From the NCBI RefSeq assembly GCF_001194135.2, contig NC_068992.1, forward strand, positions 27,601,650 to 27,665,649: a stretch of DNA of 64,000 bases. The letters are read 5' to 3'. Below, in pieces: positions 51,201-62,522 of the stretch; the stretch's first letter is position 1; each line of letters begins with the position of its first letter. A program made the position numbers and the translations under genes. This DNA comes from Octopus bimaculoides. Its lineage: Eukaryota. Under the pieces are notes generated by a model. The model saw nothing but the letters and a program-made list of their open reading frames with translations, was not told the DNA's origin and made no database searches.

Positions 51201-52479
51201 GTAAGTTTAATATTACACACATGAAGTTTTAAAATCTTTCCGCTTATCTTTACGGTGAACATAATGTTATCTCCATTTGTTCTACTTGACATTAGGACAG
51301 ATCCGATGTGGTTATCAAGGGAAAACCAGATTATATAAATGAATTCCAATATTTATGATTACACATTTTTACAATTTAACTGTATTATTATTCCAGAGAC
51401 ACAATGTTCAGATCATTAAATAGCTAAAATGAAAATTCAAATTGAAGAGTAGGTTTTTGTAAACACTTTTGTTGATCAACAAAAATATTGAGATTTGTTC
51501 AAATAAAGCATTGTTGTTGTTATCATCATCATTATTGTTGTTGCTATGTTAGAAACAATTATTATTGTAATTATGTTCTGAGTTCAAATCCTCCTGAAGT
51601 CAATTAGGCCTGTCAGTCCACCAACATCGATAAAATAAAAATATCAGTCAAGAATTGGGTTCATTTAGTCCTTCTCTACTTGCAAAATGTCTGGCCTTGA
51701 GCTGAGGTTAGAAATTATTATGATCATTATTGTTCTTGTTTAACCCCAGGTCAGCTTTGACCAAGCAGACCTATATATAATCAAAGGGTATAAACATCCC
51801 ATCTTATTCTTATTCACAAAGTCTATGCACAATAACATTATTCAAAACAGTAGAACATGGTCTGGAGGACTTTAAGTATGATTTTTCCAAGATAGCAGAA
51901 TGTGATTTAGCTATTATTTCTAGTCAAAAAGAATATATTTGGCCAAATCATCAAAAGCAAGATTGACATAAAAATGTAAATTCTGAAATAAAACTTATCC
52001 TGAAGATAGTGGAATGGCTTTATTTTCATCCATATTCTTTTTCCATTCAAATTCCAATAAAATCAATTTTGCCCTTTCTTTTTTCAGTATAGAAAAAAAA
52101 ATTACATGCATATACTCAGGTCAGTTTAATCAAATATTCATCCCCTATAAATTTGTGCTTTATATCAATGTAAAAGATGAATATGTATGTAATCAATTTG
52201 TAATCAGTTTAATGACATTTAAAAATAAGAAGTGTATTATTATACAATTTTCTACTCAAATACAGACATTTTCAGTAAATGTGGCAAATTTCTAACCAAT
52301 TAAACGAAACAGAGATCAGTTTTTTAAAATCAATGTTGTCCAATAAAATTTCCTGTTTTCCTATCATATGTAACTAATTTGAATTTCACTTCCAAAAAAG
52401 ATGATCTTCACTTGCTTCAGAACTATAGAGGAATCACACACCCACCTCTAGCCTCAAAAATCTACAAAGTTATGCTCTC

Positions 52480-52632
52480 CTCATATTGGCATCAAGGATG
52501 CATCCGGCCATAAAAACCATACCAAAATAAGTATTGGAGTTCAAAACAGTCCTTGGATACATTGGTTCTTGTCAAACCATCCAACTCATACCAGCATGGG
52601 CCATGGACATTAAATGATGATGGCAATGATTA
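52480..52632 (+). mobile_element. RTE 3' UTR fragment
   Basis: ggatgcatccggccataaaaacc...ccagcatgggccatggacattaaatgatgatg. Confidence 0.7.
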
Positions 52633-52669
52633 ATTCCATCCTAAAACAGAACCAAAATGGCTTCTGCAA

Positions 52670-53050
52670 AGGCAGATGAACACTACCATGGATCCTAACA
52701 CTTAGAAGAATTATAAAAGATTTCAGAATCTACAAGCATAAGACACAAATTATATTTGTGGATTTCTCCAAGGCATTTGATAGTGTCAACAGAAAGGCCA
52801 TGTTACACTACAGTATCTCAGATGAGATTGTCAAAATTATCACCATCATGTATGAAAACCCATCAAGTTTCATGCAAAGCACAAGCAGTCCAACAAAAGA
52901 GTTTCGAACAACAGCAGGAATCTTTCAGTAGCTCCTTTTTTGTTTGTGATTGTAGGCAAAGTCTTAACCCCATCCATGACAACGGCCTCACTATCAAGCA
53001 GACTTCACCCCTGATCTATCTGATTCTGGACCACACCTGGAAAACCCTTT
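52670..53050 (+). mobile_element. Decayed RTE-type RT fragment (different subfamily)
   Basis: LTLRRIIKDFRIYKHKTQIIFVDFSKAFDSVNRKAM...IVKIITIMYEN...EFRTTAGI. Confidence 0.8.
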
Positions 53051-53439
53051 TGCCCAATAAACTCTGGGCTCCTCCTAAAAAAAGGTGCAATTGAGAAGCA
53101 GTATACTGATACTGTTATCTTTAAAAACAACAGAGCAATCTACACCCAAGAGCTAAGAGATGACCTTATTTCAGAGAAAAGTTTTATGTGCTCTGCATAA
53201 AAGGAATAGGAGCATTGGAGAGTATAAAGTTAAACAGTAGTTGAGAAAAAGTTAGCTGACAAGGAAGACATCTGAATATTGGAAAAGAGTTACTGTATCA
53301 TGATATACAATATCAAAATACCAACATAATGATCACTGTTTAATGCTCTATGAACACTGTAAAGGCTATAAGACATGACATGGACAACTGCAACAGTGAC
53401 TTGAAGTTGTGGCCATCAGGAAGGAACACAGCAGGCATT

Positions 53440-53900
53440 CCGACTGTGTTTGCACACTAGAATTCACCCAACAACTGATACACATGGCTTTAGACTCAAT
53501 CCAGATGGCTATGTTAAAAGCTGCTGAAAATTGTGGTCAACCCCTGGATGGAAAGGGTTGCTGCTGGTAGGCCATGTGTGTAGCAACAGGATTTGGCTTC
53601 TTGCCATGTGTTCAGAAAGAGTCAGAAATGATTGGTGGAGAATTTCTACAGCTTCACCAGCCCCAATTTCTGGCCTCCTAATTCCTCCCAATTTTACAAT
53701 CAGATTACTATGTGCAGGGCACAGTTAAGAAAGACACCGACTGCAACACCAAGACCAATCTGCTAACCAAGATCAAGGAGGTGTTCAAAAATCTTTCCAG
53801 AGACACAATAAGAAATGCATGTACCAGTTTGTGGAGCTGTCTTGAGGCCATGGAGGAATGTGAGCATGGGTATCTCCCAACCATAATCTAGCTGATGTCT
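53440..53900 (+). mobile_element. DD37D (maT)-like transposase fragment
   Basis: PWMERVAAGRPCV*QQDLASCH...NFWPPNSS...DYYV...ACTSLWSCLEA. Spacing from QQD to DYY is 36 codons + 2 nt, consistent with 37 residues and a 1-nt deletion. Confidence 0.8.
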
Positions 53901-54047
53901 TGACTTTTAAAAAAAAATACTTTTTTTTTTGGATGAGATATTGCCTTTTACCCTTGTGTGCAAGCTATCAAATTTAGCCTAAATACCCTATATATACACA
54001 AACACACATTTATATATATATATATATCTATGTGCATATATATATAC

Positions 54048-54112
<65 letters not shown>

Positions 54113-54164
54113 TATATACACGCACATATATATACATATATACACTCACACACATAAACACACA

Positions 54165-54453
54165 TCATCGTTTCACGTCCACTTTCCATGCTGGCATGGG
54201 TTGGACGGTTTGACTGAGGACCAGTGAGCCAGATGGCTGCACCAGGCTCCAATCTGATCTGGCAGAGTTTCTACAGCTGGATGCCCTTCCTAACGCTAAC
54301 CACTCCGAGAGTGTAGTGGGTACTTTTTTACATGCACCAGCATGAGGGCCAGTCAGGTGGTACTGGTGACAGTACTGCCAGACTACTGCTCAAATGGTGT
54401 TTTTTATGTGCCACCTGCACAGGAGTCAGTCCAGCGGCACTGGCAACGACCTC
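54165..54453 (-). mobile_element. RTE 3' UTR copy
   Basis: catcatcgtttcacgtccactttccatgctggcatgggttgg..., closely similar to 5180-5545. Confidence 0.85.
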
Positions 54454-55659
54454 GAAGACAACAAATTTCCAGCAATTTAATTTTTAGTAATCAAAAGAAA
54501 TCAGAAACACTGTTCTAAGCAAAAAAGTACAAAACACATCTGAGAAGCAGGAGAAGGAACCACAAAAAAATTATTTGCTTTAACCTTTCTATAAACAGAT
54601 TATATATTTTAAAATCATTATATATAATGTTCAGTAAACTTGAGTCACTTTTAAATAAAAATTAATGATTAAAAATAAAGCAAATGATAATATAAATTTA
54701 CTAATGACATAACTATTTTCACAACAAAGAATATTTTAAGAANNNNNNNNNNNNNNNNNNNNNNNNNNNNNNNNNNNNNNNNNNNNNNNNNNNNNNNNNN
54801 NNNNNNNNNNNNNNNNNNNNNNNNNNNNNNNNNNNNNNNNNNNNNNNNNNNNNNNNNNNNNNNNNNNNNNNNNNNNNNNNNNNNNNNNNNNNNNNNNNNN
54901 NNNNNNNNNNNNNNNNNNNNNNNNNNNNNNNNNNNNNNNNNNNNNNNNNNNNNNNNNNNNNNNNNNNNNNNNNNNNNNNNNNNNNNNNNNNNNNNNNNNN
55001 NNNNNNNNNNNNNNNNNNNNNNNNNNNNNNNNNNNNNNNNNNNNNNNNNNNNNNNNNNNNNNNNNNNNNNNNNNNNNNNNNNNNNNNNNNNNNNNNNNNN
55101 NNNNNNNNNNNNNNNNNNNNNNNNNNNNNNNNNNNNNNNNNNNNNNNNNNNNNNNNNNNNNNNNNNNNNNNNNNNNNNNGAAAAACTAATAAGTAGACCA
55201 AATAAATTTGCATGAATATTTCAAGCAGTAAATTTAATAACTTGCAAGGAGATATTTTGTAATTACTTCTTATTTCTTATTTGTTTTAATTATTGGGCTT
55301 GCAAACACGCAGGGACACCACTGAAGAGTTTAGGCAAAAAAAAAAAAAAAAAATTAAACCTGGTACATAGACATACATACATACATTGTATGTATCATTA
55401 ATTCCTGTCTACAATAGTAAATAATAGATAAAAATATAGATATCTTATTTTGTATAGAATATGAAAATGCAGCATAGCATCAAATGATGTTGTTAGATGG
55501 ATACTATCTTCAGCTTAATCGTAAGACAGCCATAATTAATGGATTAGATGAGCAGAATAAAGTTTGAATAAAAGCCTTCTTTGAACTGGTTTATGACAAA
55601 TTTTATTCAAACTTTGTTCTAAATAAATGTCAAAGTGTTCCAGACAAACCAACTGAGGA

Positions 55660-56620
55660 AGACTATATTTACTGGAAATGGATGCTACGCATCTACATAG
55701 CAAAAGCAAAAGTTCTAAGTGAGTCTAAACTGGAGGTACTCTTAGTCCTCTGTGGAGCAAGGACCTACCCCATCGTCAAAGAATCTGAAACCTTCGAGGA
55801 AGCAATAGAACACCTGGACTCCAAGTTCATAAAGAAAGGTTCAAACAATGATGCGCCATGAGCTATGGACTTGTTTATTGAAGAATTTCTGTCAAGCTTT
55901 CAGGTGCTGGTGAAGAAGTGTAAAATCCAAGCCCTAACGGCAGACCGTTACTGAGAAATTCTAATTAGTGATGCCTTTGTGGCTGGGTTTCAATCACCAT
56001 CAATCAGACAAAGACTTCTCAAGTCATCAGATGACAGCTTAGAAACACTCTATAAGCTTACTCAAACCATGGCCATTGAAGACACTCACAACTTGTCGCA
56101 AGGCTCAGCTGGTATTGATCAACCACCCCATCTTGCAGCTGTGAAACCAGCATGCTTTTGGTGTGGTGGAGACATCCATAAAAAAAATCAATGTGCAGCA
56201 AGAAACTCCACTTGCGAAAGGTGTCAGAAGAAAGGCCACTGAAAGAAAGTCTGCCTCTCAAAAAAGCCACAAAGAAACAAACAAAACTTCCCTAAAACAG
56301 CAGCTATTACAGATCCCAAGAGCAACTTAAAAGAAAACATTGATGGGACCTTATCATCCACCATTTTAGCAGTAACAAACAGTATGGGATGGCTAGTACC
56401 CATTAAAATTAAGGATAGTACACAAGCTCATCTCGACACAGGTTCTGACAGGACATTTATAGAAGCGAATCTTCTTGCAGTCTGGGGATTACAATACAAT
56501 CATACCTGCCCAGAAAAGGTTAACTTGGCAAACACAGCACTGGAAATTAAAGGCAAATTCAGTAGCAAACTACGATTGGGAAATAACGCATATAATACTA
56601 ATTTCCTTGTGGTCAAGCAG
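55660..56620 (+). mobile_element. Ty3/gypsy-like LTR retrotransposon gag and protease remnant
   Basis: DAFVAGFQSPSIRQRLL, zinc-knuckle region CFWCGGDIHKKNQCAARNSTCERCQKKGH*KKVC, aspartic protease motif LDTGS. Several stops; no LTR seen. Confidence 0.85.
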
Positions 56621-56784
56621 CTCCAGTCATCATCGCAATCGATATCCTCAGTCAATCAATCAGTGACAAAGAAATAGGGAAGGTATCAGGTGGTCAAGGG
56701 ATATCCTAGAAACAACAGCTAAATCTCCATTATATCACACACCTTTTCATCTGAAAATTATTTAGAAATTATAAACTAAGTCCA

Positions 56785-56942
56785 CTCTGCTGAGTGGTTG
56801 GTGTTAGGAAGGGCATTCAGCTGTAAAAATTCTGCCAAAACAGTCACAGAAGTCTGGTGCAGGCTTCAGTCTGGTCAGCTCTTGTGGTACTGACCCACCC
56901 ATGCTAGCATGGAACATGGATGTTAAATGATGATGATGATGA
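56785..56942 (+). mobile_element. RTE 3' UTR fragment
   Basis: gtggttggtgttaggaagggcattcagctg...gatgttaaatgatgatgatgatg. Confidence 0.8.
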
Positions 56943-57608
56943 AACAAATTGCAGATTCTGACTGTCCATATTTTGAAACTGATTTTTTTTAAAAATGGGA
57001 AAAAGCCAAAATTTTAGGATAGGATTAATGGTAGGTGGGATTAATGAAAAATTAATAAAGAATTCACTATTGTCTTTAAATTACATTTCATTTTCTATCT
57101 GAAAATAAATGTAATGGGGATTGTAATGGTGATTGCCAATCCCCCAGGCCCAATTCTTTTTTTTTATTTNNNNNNNNNNNNNNNNNNNNNNNNNNNNNNN
57201 NNNNNNNNNNNNNNNNNNNNNNNNNNNNNNNNNNNNNNNNNNNNNNNNNNNNNNNNNNNNNNNNNNNNNNNNNNNNNNNNNNNNNNNNNNNNNNNNNNNN
57301 NNNNNNNNNNNNNNNNNNNNNNNNNNNNNNNNNNNNNNNNNNNNNNNNNNNNNNNNNNNNNNNNNNNNNNNNNNNNNNNNNNNNNNNNNNNNNNNNNNNN
57401 NNNNNNNNNNNNNNNNNNNNNNNNNNNNNNNNNNNNNNNNNNNNNNNNNNNNNNNNNNNNNNNNNNNNNNAAAAATCCCAATCAAAATGGAGAAAATCCA
57501 ACTTATATAAGTATATTATTCTGAAAATCCACCAAGGCATTCTATTGTGAAAATTACCCAGCAATGACAGGATACACAGTTAGTGTGTGTGTGTATATAT
57601 ATATATAT

Positions 57609-58475
57609 ACAGGGTGCGATGGGTAAATTGTTGCCATTTTATATTTTCAATTTCATGCATGCACATTGTGTGTTTGTGAATTTGTCGACTACACAATATA
57701 GTAGGGTCAGTTGGGCACCGTTTGTGAGAAAAACAGCACCATGATGCAATTCACTCAGCCAGAAATTTGGAAATGACATGCTGTACTGCTCGGCATTCAT
57801 GCTGGAAGCTCCAATATAAACATTTCAGAGCGTTTGGGTGTCAATCTGAGGACAGTGCATGTGACAAGAGTGATAAAAATCAAACATCCAGTCAACATCA
57901 TGGTGTTTGGAGTGATCACTAGTGATGGTGATGTTATGCCTCCATTCATCTTCCCACATGGCCTTAGACTCAACACGGAGACCTACAACAAGTGCCTGAA
58001 GGAGGTAGTGCTGCCCTGGGTAAAGAGGGTGGCTGCTGGAAGACCCTATGCCTGGCAACATGACTACTCCATGTCACACAAGGCGAACCCAGTCATGACT
58101 GACACACAATTTCTGCGACCACACCGACCCTAACATCTGGCCACCTAACTCCCCAGACTAACCCCCTTGATTATTATGTGTGGGACACAATTAACCTAGA
58201 GACCAACAAAATACCTTGTAACACTAAAGATGAAATGACGGCAAGAATTATAGCAGCATTCACCAAATTAAACAAGGAGACCATTGAGAAGAGTTGCAGG
58301 AGATTCCAAAGTCGTCTGAATGCTGTGGTTGAAGCCAATGGCAATTTTACTGAATAAATTTACTCTTTAGTATTTCAAGATAGTTTTATGTAATTTTGAT
58401 AAATATATTTGTTAAAATGAGATGTCAGTATTATTTTCATTTTTGCGTAATTTAGACAAAAGTTTATTCACAGAA

Positions 58476-58480
<5 letters not shown>
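57609..58480 (+). mobile_element. Internally deleted DD37D (maT)-like Tc1/mariner element
   Basis: TA-CAGGGTGCGATGGGTAAATTG 5' end with a degenerate inverted partner near 58455-58480 (about 18/28 matches). KHPVNIMVFGVITSDGDVMPPFIFP, IWPPNSPD..PLDYYVW, RFQSRLNAVVEANG. HTH region abuts the DDE region directly. Confidence 0.88.
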
Positions 58481-58514
<34 letters not shown>

Positions 58515-58837
58515 TTCAATATTAACAGTTTTGTATAAGAAAACCAATAGAATTTATACAAGGCTGTAAAAGAAGTGCTCAAACTAGTTGAGACAAAAGT
58601 ACAAAGTTAATTGCAGAATAAAACCATTAGGTCATCGACTCAAAAGGCCACAGCCCACCAATGACCACACATAAGGAATACAGCATAAACCACAAAACCA
58701 AATTAGCAAAGGGAAGTCAAAATTTTTTATACATAAGAATAAAATCGATTAAAAATATAATAGAATAACATAAACTGCAATTAAAAAGTTGATTAAAAAT
58801 ATTATAGACCGGTACAGATATAGTGGAATAAATATAT

Positions 58838-59000
58838 ATATCATCATCATCATCATCGTTTAACGTCTGCTTTCCATGCTAGCATGGGTTGGACGACTTG
58901 ACTGAGGACTGGTGAAACCGGATGGCAACACCAGGCTCCAATCTAAATTTGGCAGAGTTTCTACAGCTGGATGCCCTTCCTAACGCCAACCACTCAGAGA
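58838..59000 (-). mobile_element. RTE 3' UTR fragment
   Basis: (CAT)n gtttaacgtctgctttccatgctagcatgggttgg...cttcctaacgccaaccactc. Confidence 0.85.
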
Positions 59001-59039
59001 AAAAATAATTTAGAGAAAAAAAAAATGTAATAATAATAA

Positions 59040-59849
59040 TACATAGGGAAACGTAGTAAAATAGTTCATTCGTTGAGGTTAATGGCTAATAAAAGAAGTT
59101 AAATTGTACGAAAGTTCATTACTTCCCTCATGACAGCAAATTTAACAGGTAAAATCCAATTTCGAAATTCATACACAGGAATACCGAAGTACACGGGACG
59201 ACATAATAGCAGAACATCCAATGTGTAACAAAGTAAAATCCATATTTCACCATCAGCATTATTTAAGTCCAAGAAAATCAAGGCACACACATTAAACCAA
59301 CATCCAGCAGGTAACATCGGTAAAGACAATCCATAATTTAACATCATTTACAATGGATTACAAATATAGGTCGGAATACAAACACAAAACACCTATGGCC
59401 ATTTCGCGGGTATATCACCATATTTAGAGCAAAATAGAGCACAAACTAGTGATAACCCCCTCTTCAGGGTAAAGAAACACATACAAACATCAACTAAGGC
59501 ACTAGTAAAAAGAAATTATAATTATGAGAGCAAGCTTAAATAAATAATTAATATGGACTAGCCCAAAAAAAAAAAAAAAAATTCTAATTTTTAGTATACC
59601 CTTTAGAATAGTCAGGCAGGTTTGGTAACTAAATAAAACTACTAGGTTTCAAATCCAACGTAAGCTATGATAATAAATAAATACTACCATTGTATCCATA
59701 TTTTTATTATTATTTTTATATCAATATTTTTGTCTTTTTATTTTTATTTCTATCATTACTATTATTATCACCATTACTACCATTATTACCACTACTAATA
59801 CTATTATTTTTGTTCTTATTTTTATTTTTATATAGTTTTAGGAAGGTGG
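59040..59849 (-). mobile_element. Probable Penelope-like element or retrozyme terminal region
   Basis: CpG-retaining, strand-biased non-coding segment carrying a Penelope-type hammerhead. No RT or GIY-YIG motif visible; upstream side runs into a gap. Boundaries inferred. Confidence 0.45.
59390..59471 (-). ncRNA. Minimal type I hammerhead ribozyme
   Basis: RNA: UACC-CUGAAGA-GGGGGUUAUCAC-(30 nt)-GUGAUAUACCCGC-GAAA-UGGCC-AUA-GGUG. All conserved core nucleotides present; stem I 4 bp; stem II 12 positions with one mismatch and one bulge; stem III is the palindrome AUGGCCAU. Confidence 0.8.
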
Positions 59850-60609
59850 NNNNNNNNNNNNNNNNNNNNNNNNNNNNNNNNNNNNNNNNNNNNNNNNNNN
59901 NNNNNNNNNNNNNNNNNNNNNNNNNNNNNNNNNNNNNNNNNNNNNNNNNNNNNNNNNNNNNNNNNNNNNNNNNNNNNNNNNNNNNNNNNNNNNNNNNNNN
60001 NNNNNNNNNNNNNNNNNNNNNNNNNNNNNNNNNNNNNNNNNNNNNNNNNNNNNNNNNNNNNNNNNNNNNNNNNNNNNNNNNNNNNNNNNNNNNNNNNNNN
60101 NNNNNNNNNNNNNNNNNNNNNNNNNNNNNNNNNNNNNNNNNNNNNNNNNNNNNNNNNNNNNNNNNNNNNNNNNNNNNNNNNNNNNNNNNNNNNNNNNNNN
60201 NNNNNNNNNNNNNNNNNNNNNNNNNNNNNNNNNNNNNNNNNNNNNNNNNNNNNNNNNNNNNNNNNNNNNNNNNNNNNNNNNNNNNNNNNNNNNNNNNNNN
60301 NNNNNNNNNNNNNNNNNNNNNNNNNNNNNNNNNNNNNNNNNNNNNNNNNNNNNNNNNNNNNNNNNNNNNNNNNNNNNNNNNNNNNNNNNNNNNNNNNNNN
60401 NNNNNNNNNNNNNNNNNNNNNNNNNNNNNNNNNNNNNNNNNNNNNNNNNNNNNNNNNNNNNNNNNNNNNNNNNNNNNNNNNNNNNNNNNNNNNNNNNNNN
60501 NNNNNNNNNNNNNNNNNNNNNNNNNNNNNNNNNNNNNNNNNNNNNNNNNNNNNNNNNNNNNNNNNNNNNATATATATATATATACATACATACACTATAG
60601 TCTTCAAGA

Positions 60610-60760
60610 TTAATTGTCTACCAAATCCACTGAGGTTTGGTCGGTTTGGGGTTATTGTAGAAGACACTTGCATAAGATGTCACGTAGTGGCACTAAACCT
60701 GAAATCATGTGGTTGGGAAGCAAACTTCTTAACCACACAATCAGATCTGTGCCTATACGA
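60610..60760 (-). mobile_element. tRNA-SINE head fragment
   Basis: ctaccaaatccact..gtagaagacacttgc..atgtggttgggaagcaaacttcttaaccacac, reverse complement of the family head. Confidence 0.8.
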
Positions 60761-60842
60761 TGCCTACACCTACAAACATATATAAAGATTATGCACACAC
60801 ACACACACACACATGCAAACACACACAATGGTTTTAAAATAG

Positions 60843-60958
60843 ATAAAGCATGTCCTTGAGCTTCAAAAGAAGCAACTAAAAGACTTAAAGACACAAAGTG
60901 CACCCAACCATAAGAGAATTCTCCAGAAACTCTGTCTAGCCTATGCCAGTATGTCAAG
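60843..60958 (+). CDS. Coding exon of the + strand gene (IKHVLELQKKQLKDLKTQSAPNHKRILQKLCLAYASMS)
   Basis: ttttaaaatag| acceptor, 116 nt open in phase 0, AAG|GTGAGC donor (phase 2); continues exon 51121-51200 in frame. Confidence 0.65.
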
Positions 60959-61450
60959 GTGAGCATAGGGCTAAAGCAATGGTAATGTGCACATGTGTGT
61001 GTGTGTGTGTCTTATGCATAAAATTAGTCTAAGTGATAAAATAATTAACTGAGTAGCAATTGTGAAGTTTCAGCTTTATTTAAATATAATTTACACTGTT
61101 TATACTGAGCCCTTGTCTCTATCCACTGTAAATAGTTATAAGCTTCTAATCTCCCCAGGGATAGAAGATGGATGCTCTTACCTAATAAAAGTCCAGAAGA
61201 CTAGAAAGTAATCAGATCAATTCCTCTTTCCCTGCCTATGGAGAAATAAAATCAGTAGTAATCACATTGTTTACTCTTCATAGTAATGCGTATTTCACAA
61301 GCTACACCTTACATTTCAAATTATCTAAAGTAGTACATAAATTTATAAACTACAGTTATCACTTGTATAAAAGCAAATGTATGCTTTTCATGTCACAATA
61401 TATATTATAAATATTTAATACTGATGTTAATAACTATTTTTAAACTATTC

Positions 61451-61760
61451 TAGGTGCAGGAGTGGTTCTGTGGTAAGTAGCTTGCTTACTAATCACATGG
61501 TTCCAGGTTCAGTCCCACTGCATGGCACATTGGGCTAGTGTCTTCTACTATAGCCACGGGCTGACCAAAGCCTTGTGAGTGGATTTTACTTGACAACCAA
61601 TGCTGGTATGTTTACGTACCCGTAACTTAACAGTTTGGCAAAAGAGACTGATAGAATAAGTACTAGGCTTACAAAGAATAAATCCTGGGGTCAATTTGCT
61701 CAACTAAAAGTGGTGCCCCAGCATGCCCACAGTCGAATAACTGAAACAAGTAAAAGAATA
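61451..61760 (+). mobile_element. tRNA-derived SINE, internally deleted copy
   Basis: ggtgcaggagtggttctgtggtaagtagcttgc (A-box region)..ccaggttcagtcccac (B-box region)..aaagccttgtgagtgg|acttgacaacc..gaaacaagtaaaagaata. Confidence 0.88.
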
Positions 61761-61811
61761 TTCTGATAACTCTTAAAATTAGAAATAATCATTGGCAAAG
61801 ATTTTACTCAC

Positions 61812-62057
61812 CCTTTGTGAGGAAAGACTTTGTAGGAGATCATAAGGCAATTTATTAGCAGCGGATCCATGTAAATAGTTATTTTGTGACTCATGTTGTG
61901 AATTATTTTCTTCTGACCGTTGGTGTTGCTCTTGTTTATGACAGTCTGAAGACATAGTTTCCTTTGTTAAATCCATACCTCTTGATGCTGACATAGCAAG
62001 TCTAGATAAAATTCCTTCGACTTTAGAACTTTTTTTACCAACCACAAAATCATTCAT
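61812..62057 (-). CDS. Probable first coding exon of a - strand gene (MNDFVVGKKSSKVEGILSRL...KLPYDLLQSLSSQR)
   Basis: 82 open codons from ATG with an in-frame upstream stop and A-rich leader, ending at a strong donor AGG|GTGAGT (phase 0). Q/N/E-rich middle; CpG retained; possible UTR acceptor at 62313. Product not recognised. Confidence 0.65.
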
Positions 62058-62452
62058 CCTTAGTAAAAGGGAATTTTCCTTATTTTTTAAAAATTTTTGT
62101 TGGTTTTTTTAATGTGAACTTTCTCAATTTTTCAATAAATCATTTTGCTTCTGTAATTTCCACATAAACAGAAACAGCAATTAAACTAATGAATCTAACT
62201 AATGATTTTTGTTTTTTTTTACTTGCTTGTCTTGTTAGATTTCTTGTAATAGTCCATTCCAGTTAATCTCCATTGAAAAGTATGCATTAAATCTGATAAT
62301 CTTAGCCATAATCCTGATAAAGTTAAGTAAATGACTGTAGTTGAAGTTTCATAAAATTATGGTTTCAGCATTTGATTATTACAGAATATACTATTCACTA
62401 ACTATGAAAAATTGTTAACTTTTACTTCAAACAAATCTTTAGGTTTTTACAG

Positions 62453-62522
62453 TAGAAATACAATAACTGATATGCGACTATCAAAACAACAGGACTTAAG
62501 AAATGTAGATATAATAAGATAA
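62453..62522 (+). CDS. Candidate terminal exon of the + strand gene ((S)RNTITDMRLSKQQDLRNVDIIR*)
   Basis: Strong acceptor ctttaggtttttacag|; phase 2 start matches exon 60843-60958; TAA at 62520-62522. Confidence 0.45.

Noticed and set aside
52088-52119. 32-nt + strand exon candidate (YRKKNYMHIL) with strong acceptor
   Set aside because: Phase 0 to 2 is incompatible with exon 60843 (phase 0); it would work only as an alternative path to 62453, for which there is no evidence.
59690-60673. ORFs of 100-335 aa spanning N runs (also at 5417, 46141, 54719, 57081)
   Set aside because: Artefacts of translating assembly gaps.
8885-61520. tRNA-like A/B boxes as genuine tRNA genes
   Set aside because: All are degenerate heads followed by SINE bodies; no complete cloverleaf could be drawn.
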